Shown in pieces: positions 46,906-59,461 of a DNA stretch of 64,000 nucleotides. Under the pieces are notes generated by a model. That model saw only the letters and a list, made by a program, of their open reading frames with translations, did not search any database and was not told the origin of the DNA. The position numbers and the translations under genes are program-made. Numbering within the stretch: position 1 is the first letter of the stretch; each line of letters starts with the position of its first letter. This stretch comes from Felis catus. Its lineage: Eukaryota. The stretch is from the NCBI RefSeq assembly GCF_018350175.1, contig NC_058368.1, positions 26,724,001 to 26,788,000 on the forward strand, in the 5' to 3' direction.

Positions 46906-49900
46906 AGAAGAAAATGCATTTATGAAGTGATTCAACATGACTGCAAATGTCCTTTTCTTTCAAATTTCGTATTTATTACTTTAGTATGTTAGGTCCAAAA
47001 CATGTTACCAGGCAACCTTTCCAGGCAAATCAACTCAGATCTGCTCCTGTACCCGCTAGGACCACGGTGGGTTGGAGCCAGATGCAGATGCCCCCACAGA
47101 GGAGCTGCTATTCATTTTGCCCCTTTCTAACCTTGCTCACTGGCAGTTACCAGAGGTTCCAGCCCAACTTCGAATGCTTCAGGGAACATGGGGGCAGAAA
47201 CAGGTAAGAATCAAGCAATCAAAGAGCAGTAGGAAGAAACTTTGAATTTAATCCTCTGCCGACCGCGGTGACAGCAAACCCGCTCTATTTTCTTCAAAAG
47301 GTATTCCTTGATGGGAAAAAGTAGATGTACTAAAAGGAAAGCATGTGAAGGAGGGATTCTGGTACTTTCATCTAGATCACTCAGCCCCTAATTCTTAGGT
47401 TCTCCTTTGGGCTTTTGCTAGAAGCCAGAAAGTTGCTCCATAGAAATAAAGTACAGGAAAAAGGAAAGGGGGGGTTAAGGAGGAGGTGAGATAATTAGGT
47501 GGGAACAAATTTTAATAAATTTTGTCCTCAAAATATGGTGTGTGGATAATTATATAAGTGGATGAAATATGAGTAAATATGGGTATTACAATGTCTGCTG
47601 AAAATTGGGTTCATGCTGTTTAGAGTCATTTTAATAATCTTGTGGTTTATTTGATAATGTACTTTCCAAATTGTTCTAGAAAGCCTCAAGGCACGCATAC
47701 AATGAAATCATTCAGTAGAGTTCTTTAAACAATTGATAATAGTAGTAAAGTGAAAACTGCCTGTATCTAACTGTAACCCATATTAAGATAATTCTTTGCC
47801 CTTCTATGGCATTTGCCTTGAAGTGTCTGACCTCTGCCTAAGGATTAATTAAATCCCACAACAGGAATGAGGGGAAAAATTCCAGACAAGTATAATTAAT
47901 TCCTATTATAAGCACCTTTTTTATTCCCAGGTTGGGTTACACCTGGGTCAGATTATGCCCCTGGTGTAGATGAGAATGTAGAATGAACACATCTTGCGCT
48001 TATAACCCTGAATGCTTACGACACAAGATTGTCCTTTGTCCGGGAGAACTGATCAAATGACTGACTCAAGAACATTTTGCTTTTGTTTCCTCCTCTGTCC
48101 ATGCTGCCTCGCAGCTCCTGGTCCCCGATGATGTCCATCTAATCCTACATTTAAAGCGTTAAGGCATTTGACAAAAACAATAATTAATTTCTCAAACTCA
48201 ACTGCTTGTCATTTTTCCAATCTGTCTTCCATGGAAGAACTGAACAAAATGTGTCCCGTGTGCTGTAGGAGCTATTTCAACTAAGCATCAGGAGGCTGGC
48301 CTTTTTTCCTGCCTTCAGTACTGGATTTTATTTAGTTACATTATATTTCTGGAAACTGTATTTTTTTTTTTTAGAGATGTACTTCCCTTCTAATGGGAAC
48401 TTGAAGTCTGGGGGGCATATGTCCTCTAGGAGCTGGACAGAGAGCCCAAAGCAGGAAATGGCCAAATATCCATCAGATGGTAATGCTAATGCACTGAGTC
48501 ACTGCTGTTCTCTGTTACATTTGAACAAGAACCTCTAAACAGAATATAGTTCACTCAGGTAACTCTGTGCCCTTTTTTTCACACACCGTTCAGGACTTCA
48601 TGTCTCATTTTTTCTCTGTCAACTTAAATTTGACCCCTTATCTTGTTGATCGGTTGGATACCATTAATGTCATCTGCCATGTACAGAACATGCGTCCTAG
48701 ATCATGGCAAAAGCAAAGAAACGTCTTTGCCTACCTGGGACAGAAACAAAGGTTAGCCTAAATGGAGAAATATGACAGTGTGCAAATAAGAAACAGAGAT
48801 CACATATATGGTTTATTATGGTTTCAAACAAGCTCTGGCAGAGCCAACCAAAGTGAAAAGATATAGAACGTGGTTTTCTGAAAACATTTCAAGGAGTACA
48901 GAAGCTTTAGGACAAGTTTTAAATGCTAAAATTTAATTTTAAAATTTAAATTTAAAACTTAAATGAGCACAAGTGGGTGAGCTACTCTAAGCACACAAAA
49001 ATGTGCTTAGCTGGAGAAAATAAAGGTCCAAAACACAGAGGCTTTCCTCACAGCCCCTCCAGAGAGTTGATAAGCAAATATGTCCTTGAAAGACGAATTG
49101 CTCCTCTGTTGTGTTACATTTAGTGTATCCTATTATAGATTCTCAGATGCCTCTTTGGACTCAAATGGTAAAAATAATAGTGTTTCCACATTGCTAATCT
49201 CTATAAAGAACAGTGAGGTGCTAATTGTCATATGGCTTGTGGATTTCCTACAGAAATTACAGAAGCAACTATGTGCCCATGGAAGTTTGTAAGTAGGCAA
49301 GGAGCTACCAGACAGATAATTCCTGAAGGCGCCTATCTTCAACAAGACGTAACAGGTCAGGAAAGATCCAAGTGGCAGCATCCAAAGGTTAGGCATTAGA
49401 ACACTGCATGCCATTACAAAACTTGAATTCATGTTTTTGGAAATGAAACCTCCATCAGCCCTATCTCCACAGCCAGAGCTGAAATCCATTTCTCAGGGTG
49501 AGCCCACAAAATCTCTAGTAACAACCATTCTTTACCCTTTCACCATCTACAAAGATGGCTCTTCTGTAAACCATATCACCAAATCCTGAGTGGAACTGAG
49601 AATTTCTGCTCCTCTGACCCACTGCCTTCTTGACCACTAATCCTGCTGTGAAGGTTGTCCAAGCTAATGAGCTGAAGAGCCCCAGGATCCCAAGAAGCCT
49701 CCTTTCTCGGGGCTCTGGGCCACTGACATTACCTCTAACCCTCATCATTATCAGCGCCCAGGGAGCTCAAGGGCTTTGCATGAGGGCTTTGCCTCAGGTC
49801 CCCTTGTTTGTTCTCTATAACATAAAAAAAAAAAAAATGACTTCTGGTTTTCATTTCTTGTCAGAGAGGTCTCCTGGCTCGTCTTCACCCAGACTAAATG

Positions 49901-51755
49901 CAGTGGGGCAGAGGCACTGTAAACAAGTTAATTCATTTTCTTCATCCATTTTGTCATGGACTCAACAAACACTGTTCAGTCCTTATTCTGCACAGAACGC
50001 GATGCTACGTTTTGTTGGGAGCGGGGAGTGGAGTCGGTGGTCTCAGGATTGTGGCCTGGCAGGCACCCCAAAGCTTGGTACGTACATAGATACCATGTTA
50101 CTCCTCTGTTGTCCGCTCTGATCTGGGAGTTCATTGGTCAGGCATGTACAGAAAATGGGAGGGCCCAGTGTCCTTGGGGGCCAAAACCAAAAGATGAAAG
50201 GACCGAGTTATAAGCCGCTTATTTTAGCACTTCCCAAACAGGTGTGTCTTCCTCTCCTGGCTTCAGACACAACTTAACTCTAGAGGACAGTCTTGGAGCA
50301 GACACTGTAAGCCAGATCCTCAACGGGCATGTCCACTTCCCCCAGCTACACATATGCAAACTTTTGCCTGCTCAGACATTAGCTGAAACTGTCGAATACA
50401 TGGATAAAGGAGGTGAGAATATTTGTCTTCTATTAGAGGGTAGGAAGTAAGCAAAAAGGAGAAACCAGAGAGTAGAAAAGCAGAACATGATTGTGTTAAT
50501 TTTTTGCCTCTTTTTTTTTTTCAAAAAGAGGGAGAGCACACTACATTTTTTGAGAAAAATAAAAAATAAAATAAAATAAAAACTGAGTGGATAAGTGAAG
50601 TGCCTTCTAAAAACAGTGCCAAACCAGAAAAGAACCCAGACCTCCTTCAGAGTTTTCATTTGCATGAATCCCTCAGTACCACCTTCGGAAAGTTCTTTCC
50701 CATCTAAGCCCCCAGGGTAAGTTACGTTTTGGCTCAGATTTCCACACAGCATCTGGTCCTACGTGAGAATGGACACTGGAGTTTGGAGACCAGAAAGCAA
50801 GAGAACTTCCAAGGGTTCCCTCAAGTGACACAACACTTAACCTGTATAAAAAAGTAAACCACCGAATGCTCCCCCCACTCCCTCCCCACTCTCCCTCACA
50901 CACACAGATGCCCGATATTGGCAACGTGGATACATCTTCTGAGGAGACAGAAATGCATAAATGTAACAGAATTCATCTTTAAGGGAAAACAGATGGCTAT
51001 ATAACATGCTTTGTGAGTCAGAAGCATTCCTAGAAAGAAAAAAAAATAATAAAAATCCATTGATAATGCAAATTAATTGTTGCCACTTACTGCCTCCCCC
51101 CCCAACTTTGCACAGAAGGTGATTATGATGACACCAAGAAAACCTGCCTTGACTGTTCCCAGAAATCAGACCTAACAAGTCAGATTCTTCCCACGTAAAA
51201 CCAAAACTATTTCCCCTCTTCTGTCTTCCTTCACTTCCTCCAGCAGCCTTTCCCACCGGGTGATGCTAAGTTTTTTGTTGAGTCAGCCTGGCATGTCTTC
51301 CATTTGAAGATGCTTGGCAGGTGTTTGACAGGCAGGGTTGACAGACTTTTGAGAGCACTTCCATCCGTCAGCCTGACAGGCTTCACAGGGCTTGAGTTCA
51401 GTACCTGTAACAGCACTATCCAAGGGTCTCCACACACCAGCCAGGCTAATATCAGAGAAAAGAACATAAGGCAATTTGCCAGCCATTCCCCTGCATCCTT
51501 ATGTATTCACTTGCCAGAGTATATAGGGAATGCTCCTGGCCTCCCATCGTAACCTGGAGGATGCTAACTTGAGCTTAGTTTATGTTTGTGGGTATATGCA
51601 CGCAAATGCACATGTGTGATCACGGTGTAGACTTAGATAAGTTCGTTTCACATGTTTCTCTTGTTTTTCCTTATTTCTTCAGCAGGAAAAAAAAAGATGC
51701 AATCAGTCTTCTTAGATAAAAGTACCTATGGCACTTGGCATACTTTTTCTTTTTC

Positions 51756-51975
51756 TTTTTTTTTTTTTTTAATTTTTTTTTATTTATTTTTGAGACAGAG
51801 AGACAGAGCATGAGCAGGGGAGGGGCAGAGAGAGAGGGAGACACAGAATCGGAAGCAGGCTCCAGGCTCCGGGCTGTCAGCACAGAGCCCGACGCAGGGC
51901 TCGAACTCACAGAGTGTGAGATCATGACCTGAGCCGAAGTCGGACGCCCAACCGACTGAGCCACTCAGGTGCCCC
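51756..51975 (-). mobile_element. Young Can-SINE (feliform)
   Basis: CpG-rich body with TSD ACTTTTTCTTTTTC / ACTTTTGCTTTTTC. Confidence 0.97.
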
Positions 51976-53649
51976 AACTTTTGCTTTTTCAATCAACAGC
52001 ACAGAAATTAAGTCTATTCTCTGGGTTCAGACTTCCAGCACAAGAGGGACAAAAACAAGAAGGATATAAAAGTGACCAGAAGAAACTGTTTTCTGGTTTA
52101 ACCTTAGTGAGCAGGAAGAAACACTGCAAATATGGGTTAGCATGCCAATTCTTGCCTGCTGAAGCTGTGAAATTGCTTCCCTCCCACCTCACCCCTTCCC
52201 TCAGGTTTCATATTTTTATTCCCACAAAAATCTTCTGGCTAAACTGGAAGATGGAAGAATAATATTAAGGTGCAATTTAAATCTCAGTGGTTTGCTGGAA
52301 GGATAGATATTTGGTAAACTTGTTTTTGTGGAGGAAGACTTCAAATGTAATTTTATTCCAGATCTCTGCAAGATAGAAAGCAAACTAATCCCCAGTATTG
52401 ATTGCCAGAAGAAAAACATTTGCCATTTATTAAAGAGACTATTGCAAGAAAATGCTGTTTGTACTACCTAGTTGTTTACCAACAGAAGCAAAATCAAAGT
52501 CGACCCCTTGGTGCCTTGTTACTTTAAGCACAAAGAGTCCTGGTGCTTTTCTTTTGGGAGGTGAACACATCCACTACCAGAATGTAGTTACTTATTCTGG
52601 TGGCCTTCTGATGGTAAGAATCATCAGGCATTTGTTCAATATACAGTGATATTCAATGACATGTCTGGTGCAAAAAGTGTGTTCCTGGGGCCCTAGACAC
52701 CTCAATTTTTAAAAAGCTCTTCAAATGACATTAAATAATTTGCTAGCATCATATTGCTGGCTACAGGGAAAACTATGGCTAGATCCAGGGATCTTGACTT
52801 TTAGACCAAAGATCATTGACAGTTCAGCACTGCATACAATTTTATTGAGGAAAATAGCAATTAAAGTCATCAGGCAAAGAAATATAGGACGGTGTATCTT
52901 CAAGGCTGTTATATTCTTATGAAGCTTAGTGGCAATGAAACTTGAGGGTATTACTGAACTCTCATTTAAGGCTCTAGTTCGAAGGACCACGTGCTGACCT
53001 TCTCATTTTAATAACTATTTTCAACTGTAAAGGCTTTCTATAAAACTAGGCTATCCCTGTACTTAATCTAGGGCATAATCCCCAGATGCAAAGGTTAAGA
53101 CTTCACATTCCAGTAACAACAGAAAGTTCCAAAATCTAGCCTATCCTACTTTAGACTTTCAGTCCCTTCTTTGTTTCATGTTCTGGGATTTCTGAGAGCT
53201 TATAGGTGTTTCCAGTTTGTTTTATGCCAATGAAGGAGGCATATCCATGTCCCCTGTCCCTGTAATATCCACAGGTCCAGGATAGGGTCTTGCCTTGGCC
53301 ATAACAAAATTGAGGGGGAAGCTGGGCCATTGCCCGGTGTTACCCACTGTAAAATGGCTCCCAGAGACTTTGGCTGGGACCCTTTAATGTCCATGTGATT
53401 CCCTCTCTCAGATCCCAGGATTCCCAAGATTTGATTTGGGCACAGTCTAGAATTAGGTAACAAATCTGGGCTCTAGGACAACCCACAGTGAAATTATTGT
53501 AAAGTCAGCCCAGAAGTAGAAGCATTTTTATAAATATCTTTTGTTTTTGACCTTAGATTTAGTTGTAGTATGTTTCTTAAATTCCTCTAGTTTCTATTTT
53601 TCCTTTTATGAAGTTCTGGTTCATGTATTCATACCACAGAACATAACTT

Positions 53650-54070
53650 CTTATGATGGTTTGGATACAGTTAGGATACAGGATGGAGACATACAGTGAA
53701 AGAGATTCAGTCATGTTCTAAAGGAGCTCATGGTCCAACTGGAGAAATAGAAAAGTAAATGACTCAAAAACAGAATGAGAGCCACAATTTGGGACAAATA
53801 ATGAACTGGAGGCATATGGAGGAGGAGTTCCTATGTCAGGCAGAGAGGGGGATAATGAGCCGATGTCGAAGACCAAAGAGCTGGTCAGGCCAGAAAGAGG
53901 ATGCGCCTCTCACAGGGTTTCTGTCCAGGTTGATCGCAGAGGTAGCCAGAGTGAGGCTGGCACAATTCAGCAGGACAGCCAGCACCAGGCAAACATGGGT
54001 CGGACCAGGGTGTAGACACAGCGTTAGACTTTTTATGTCATGGACACCTTGGGCTGTCTGATGAAACCTG
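53650..54070 (-). mobile_element. L2 3' fragment
   Basis: AGGATGGAGACATACAGTGAAAGAG...TCTAAAGGAGCTCATGGTCCAACTGGAG. Confidence 0.6.
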
Positions 54071-54078
54071 TGAACCTT

Positions 54079-54450
54079 ATGATAGGCAGAATAATGCCCC
54101 ACAAAGACGCCCTCCTCTAATTCCCAGAACCTAGGAATATATTCTGTTACATGACGAAGGACAATTAAAGTTGTTAACCAGCTAATCTTAACATGGAGAG
54201 ATTATACTAGATTACCAAAATGGGTCTGATGTATTCACAAGAGTCTATACAAGTGGAAGGGGGAAGTGGAAGGGAAAGTTGGAGTGATGTTTTAAGGACA
54301 AAAATGCCCTGAAGATAAAGGAAGCCCCAAGATAAGGAATGTAGGGAGCTTCTAGGAGCCGGGAAAGGCAAGGAATGGATTATCCCCTAGCACCTTTGGA
54401 CACCAATTGACCCTATTTTGAGATATCTGCCACAGCTATAAATAATGTAA
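54079..54450 (+). mobile_element. MaLR LTR (MLT1D-like)
   Basis: TGATAGGCAGAATAATGCCCC...TAATTCCCAGAACCT...GGAGAGATTATACTAGATTA...GCCGGGAAAGGCAAGGAATGGATTATCCCCTAG. Confidence 0.85.
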
Positions 54451-55668
54451 CGTAAATTACCTCTGATTTCTAATCGTGATGATTACTGTTAATATTATTG
54501 TAGTTTGATACTTACATTCATAATGAAAGGAAATGCAAACTTTCATCACTGAGTGGTAAAGATAAAAATGCCATTTTCCCTTTCAAGTTCTGGAATTCTG
54601 TCCAGAAATCTGTTAGAGGTCAAACTCAGGTTAAGATCTCCTGATTTGGAGAGGAGCTTGGCTCTGATTCAAGCAAAGTATTTCAGGATAAATATGGTGG
54701 ACTTGGGGCAACATCCTAGAATAGCTAAACACAGGAACAGGCAGATCACGAGAGCATCATAACCCAGAAATTAAGCCTTTGATGAGAGCAACAGAGCTTA
54801 ATACTCAAGTCCAGGTCACAACTGTGGGGATGTGATAACCCCAGGCTGAGGGTAGAGAGGGACCCAGAAACTGTGATCACTCATATCCATCTTCTTGCTG
54901 CAAAACTCTGGCCATCTCTTAGTAGCCAAAACAATAAGGAGATCTTCCTAAGCCCAGAGGAGGGGTTACTGGCCACTCTTCCTTCCGTGAATTCTTGGGT
55001 TGGTGCCTGCAGGGAGGGCTCTTTCATCTACCAGACTGAAGTCACAGGTGGAAACAGGTCATGAAACTGTTCTATTTGGCCCACATGCCATTATGATTGT
55101 TATTATTTTAGTTTTTTTTATTTTTCATTATGATACAATTTTACAAAGGGAAATGCATACACCTCAAGCACACTGAATATTGAAATTTCCATTACCGCAG
55201 AAAGTTTTCTTGTTTTCTTTTCTGGTCAAGAATTGACCTTTCCTTGTAAAAGCAACCATTATTACTATTTATATCATTATACATTGGTTTTGGGTATTCT
55301 TGAACTTCATATAAATAAAATTTGCAGGTATGTACTACTTAGTGTCTGGCTTCTTTCACTCAATATAATGTTTTCAAGATTCATTCATATTGTCGGTGCA
55401 TATGTCAGTAGTTTATTCCTTTTTATTCCACTGTGTGGATATCACAATTTACTTATATGTTCTTTTGTTGATGGGCATTTGATGGAAATGACTTCCATTA
55501 TTTTCAGGAGTATTTTAGACTACTATCGATAAAGTTGCTAGAAAGAACAGTGTTGTAGAAGTCTCTGGGAGGACACAATTTTTTTATTTCTCTTGAGTAT
55601 ATGCATAGGAATGGAATTGCTTTATCATGGATAGAGGTATACGTAACACTATAAGAAACTGCCAATGA

Positions 55669-55743
55669 CTCACTTAAGTGTTCAATTATTTTTTTTTAAT
55701 GTTTATTTACTTTCGAGACAGAGAGAGCACAGGCAGGGGAGTA

Positions 55744-55780
<37 letters not shown>

Positions 55781-56102
55781 ATTCGAAGTAGGCTCTATGA
55801 TGTCAGCACAGAGCCCGATGCGAGGTTTGAACTCACGAACCGTGAGATCATGACCTGAGTCAAAACCAAGAGTTGGGTGCTTAACCGACTGAGCCACCGA
55901 GGTACCCCAAGTGTTTGACTCTTTATTTCAGCTCAGGTCATGATCTCACGGTTCGTGACGAGGGACTGAGACCCACATCATGCTCTGTGGTGACAGCGTG
56001 GAGCCTGCTTCGGGTTCTCTCTCTCCTTCTCTCTCTGCCCCTCCCCTCTTGTATGTGTGCATGCTCCTTCTCTCAAAATAAATAAAATAAACTAAAAAAA
56101 AA
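55669..56102 (+). mobile_element. Can-SINE (5'-truncated, interrupted by a second SINE)
   Basis: TSD AAGAAACTGCCAATGA (55653-55668) / AAGAAACTGCCAGTGA (56103-56118). The body resumes at 55909 and ends in AATAAA plus an A-tail. Confidence 0.9.
55692..55908 (-). mobile_element. Can-SINE nested antisense in the previous SINE
   Basis: T-tail, (GA)n and ...GACTGAGCCACCGAGGTACCCC with a degenerate TSD AAGTGTTCAATTATTT / AAGTGTTTGACTCTTT. Confidence 0.93.
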
Positions 56103-57451
56103 AAGAAACTGCCAGTGAATGTTTCAGAGTAGTTATTCCATTTTACACTCCCCCAGCCAGTGTGTAAGACTTCCAGCTGTTCCACATTCTTGCCAACATT
56201 TGATGTCATACTTTTCATTTTAACCATTTTAGTGGTTTAGTGAAATGGTATCTCATTGTGGTTTCAATTTGCATTTCTCTGATGAAAACTGATGTTGACC
56301 ACAACCCAACCTTCCTTACCACTACCTTTTGATCTTGTTAATACTTATGCTGGGAGAAAGGTCAGCTGCAGTCGAAGGTATTTTGGGTTCACCTTTAGAT
56401 CCAACTCATCAGGGTCCTGGAATCCAATTACCACAGGAACCTAAGGTAATATATTACTTCCTTTTTGCTTACCATCCTCTTCTTTACAGTTGCCTTTTCA
56501 GCCAAATTTGGGTTTGGAGGGAGAATTGTTGAGCCAGTTCTGCTCATCAAGGCTTCCCTGTGTCCACTGCTTTTTGGTAGCCCCATAGAAAAGTATGGTT
56601 TAAATTTTGTATGGTTTTTCTTTTTGTTTCTATGGGAGCAAAGAGCTTTCATATCCTTCCATAGTGTAGCTGGGAGCACCATCTTTTCCTTTTCTTTTTC
56701 TAGTTTTTGCATTAACTAACTACAATTAAAAATTAGGAACCCCCCTCCAAAATATGCAGATTTCCAGCTTCCTTTTAGAGTAGCTTCTCTTGAATGTACT
56801 TGGCCTGCGTTCCCATAGGCAATGATTAGTCACAGCTAAGCAGAGGCTGCCCCTGAACTCAGTCCGGGTACTATCTACTTCAGCCTCATTCCCTATACTT
56901 CCATCATCTGGCCCAAGCCACATTACCTGTGATCCATGGCCTTTTGGGTACTCATCACCAGAAATTTCCATCAGGGCTGAAGGAGAATCCTGCAGTAAAC
57001 TTTTTAACCAAATACTGATTCACTCAAACCCTTGGGCAATAAAAATTAGGTCAACATCTTGAGTGACTGATAATCGCTTCTGGTTCAAGTCTCTGGCCAC
57101 ATTTGGCAGATAATTTCTCTCCCTGAACAAATCAGGAATAACTGCAAGTAGGTATCTCATGTATTGAGATAGAATTTCTTTGCTCTGAGAAGATATAGAA
57201 ATTCATGGTCTAGAAAAACTACCCTTATGTTTCCATGCTCTGAGTTGTTTGCCCTGTAGTATTGTCTGATGATGGACAAGTGACAATTAAATATACCTGA
57301 CACCATATTTTACCTTTATTTTAACACAACATTAGTATGTCTTAGAATCTTCTCAAACTTAGTTTACAAGTCACTATTATAGAAGTTTTTTTGCCACAAA
57401 ATTCCCTACTCTCCTGACTTCTAATCAATACTTTTATTGTTCTTGTTCTTC

Positions 57452-57677
57452 TTATTTTTCTTTTATCTTTTCTTTCTTTCTTTTTGTTTTTAGAGAGACA
57501 GAGAGAGAGAGAAAGCAGAAGTGGGGGAGAGCACCAGAGGGAGAGAAAGAGAATCTTAGGCAGGCTGCATGCTCAGTGTGGAGCGTGACACAGGGCTCAA
57601 CTTCACGACTGCGAGACCACGACCTGAGCTGAAATCGAGAGTCAGACACTTAACTGACTGAGCCACCCAGGATCCCC
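57452..57677 (-). mobile_element. Can-SINE
   Basis: T-rich tail, (GA)n, GACCTGAGCTGAAATCGAGAGTCAGACACTTAACTGACTGAGCCACCCAGG. Confidence 0.94.
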
Positions 57678-57989
57678 TCATTAGTATCATTTTTAAGCAA
57701 GAAATCCCAGCCTACTTCCTATAGGCATATTCTTCTCATCTGAACTCAAAATGCCCCCAAACTCTACCCAAGTTTAGTACATTTAAATGAAGTCAGGCAG
57801 GAGGAATTTTCAAAAAAACTTTTATCCAAAATAACAGCAAGCCTCATACTGTAAGGTGACCAGCAAAGAGCTATCAAGAAAATAGAATTTAAAACTCATA
57901 GTTACAGCTTAAATGATATGCTTTAACCAGTACCAAAATTCATTCCTGCAACTAAATTATTATTTTATATGACTGTTTTGCAACCAATC

Positions 57990-58097
57990 ATGAACTTCTT
58001 GGGGGCAGAGACTATATCTTATTTATCATGTGACCTCAGCCCCTAGCCCACTGCCATGTATTCAATGGAAGTTCAATAAACGTATGTTGAACGAATA
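57990..58097 (+). mobile_element. L2 3' terminus
   Basis: TGAACTTCTTGGGGGCAGAGACTATATCTTATTTATC...TTCAATAAACGTATGTTGAACGAAT. Confidence 0.8.
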
Positions 58098-58909
58098 GAT
58101 TACGAGGAGTAGTCTTTTCTGAATTGGGCTGGATGCAAAGAATCTCAAAAGCATACACTATTGCTGATTTCTCAAAAAGAATGAATGAAAAGATTTCAAA
58201 GCCATATGTGTATTGCAATGAAACTAGAATGCCCTAGAATATATTAAGATTTAGGCCCTCATGAGAGGGTAAAGTGGGGGAAGAACTCTGTAGAAATAAC
58301 CTTCTCATCTTTTGTTAACTATGACATCCCCAGCTCCCAGGAAGTAAACTTCCTTTGGTGGAAGTCCTTGCAGTACAGGGCTCACTTGGTGGGCATTTAC
58401 AGGTCAGCTCATATTCTCTGGGCAAGGATGGCCCCTTAAGAGATGGCTATCTAGATGGCACAATGGTAGCAAAAGCTGTGGGAAATGGACAAAATTGGTA
58501 TGGGTTTTCAAGCAGTATCCCATTTACCTTTCTTGGTGACATTTTACAGTATGTGTTTTTTGCTTGATTTAGAGCCACATCCAATTCACAAGGGTCTGTT
58601 GTTGCAACAGCTTCTCTGCCTCCTTCTCCTAAATTCTAAATACCTTGGCAAGATTGGCACATTCTCTACCAATGTTACCCATAGAACTTTTCACTGGACT
58701 TACATTTTCAAGTAATGCCTGAGATGACAAACCAGCTTGGAATGATGTCTCTTATCTATTTTTATGTAAAGTTGATTTCTATTTGACTATAATTGAAAAA
58801 TGGAGGAAAAGATAATTTACAAATTTTTTTTAATCCTCACATTAAACCAGATTATAAATGGATAGAAAACTGTACTCGATGGCAGACTTTGAGCAAGATA
58901 CTGGTTTTT

Positions 58910-59127
58910 GGGGCACCTGGGTGGCTCAGTCTGTTGAGCGACCGACTTCGGCTCAGGTCACGATCTCACGGTTTGTGAGTTTGAGCCCCGCATAGGGCTC
59001 TGCGCTGACAGCTCAGAGCCTGGAGCCTGCTTCGGATTCTGTGTCTCCCTCTCTCTCTGCCCCTCCCCCTCTCATGCTCTGTCTCTCTCTCTCTCAGAAA
59101 TAAACATTTAAAAAAATTTTTTTAAAA
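58910..59127 (+). mobile_element. Young Can-SINE (feliform)
   Basis: GGGGCACCTGGGTGGCTCAGT...CCGACTTCGGCTCAGGTCACGATCTCACGG...GAGCCTGCTTCGGATTCTGTGTCTCCC...AATAAACATTTAAAA. Confidence 0.97.
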
Positions 59128-59234
59128 AGACACTTCTTTTTTTTTTTTTGCTGCCTCAGTTGTATCAGAGAGTAAGACTGATCTCAGTGATTAAATTGTC
59201 ATTTTAGGCTTGAAATTAAAAGCCAAAATTTCCT

Positions 59235-59445
59235 GGGGTACCTGGGTGGCTCAATAGGTTGAGCCCCTGACACTTGATTTCAGCTCAGGTCATGATCCCA
59301 GGATTGTGGTGTCGAGCCCTACATCAGACTCCTCACTGAGCATGGAGCCTGCTTGGAATTCTCCCTCCCTCTCTCTCTCCTTCTGCCTCTCCCCCAACCC
59401 CTGTGCTCTCTCTAAAAAAACAAAACAAAAACAACAATAACAGAA
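59235..59445 (+). mobile_element. Can-SINE (older subfamily)
   Basis: GGGGTACCTGGGTGGCTCAA...TCAGGTCATGATCCCAGG..., flanked by AAAATTTCCT / AAAATATCCT. Confidence 0.93.
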
Positions 59446-59461
59446 AAATATCCTATCAGCT

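Larger units (their letters stand above)
55105..56300 (-). mobile_element. Ancient L1 (L1MB/L1MC) 3' region, host to two nested SINEs
   Basis: GTCTGGCTTCTTTCACTCAATATAATGTTTTCAAGATTCATTCAT...AGGAATGGAATTGC...AGAAACTGCCA | ...CCATTTTACACTCCCCAGCCAGTGT...TGGTATCTCATTGTGGTTTCAATTTGCATTTCTCTGATG. Confidence 0.9.

Noticed and set aside
48987..49010. Hairpin CTAAGCACA-CAAAAA-TGTGCTTAG
   Set aside because: An isolated 9-bp stem, too short for a pre-miRNA and compatible with chance
49630..50121. 163-aa ORF, the longest in the track
   Set aside because: TTG start, runs through a poly-A tract, and has no recognisable homology or exon structure
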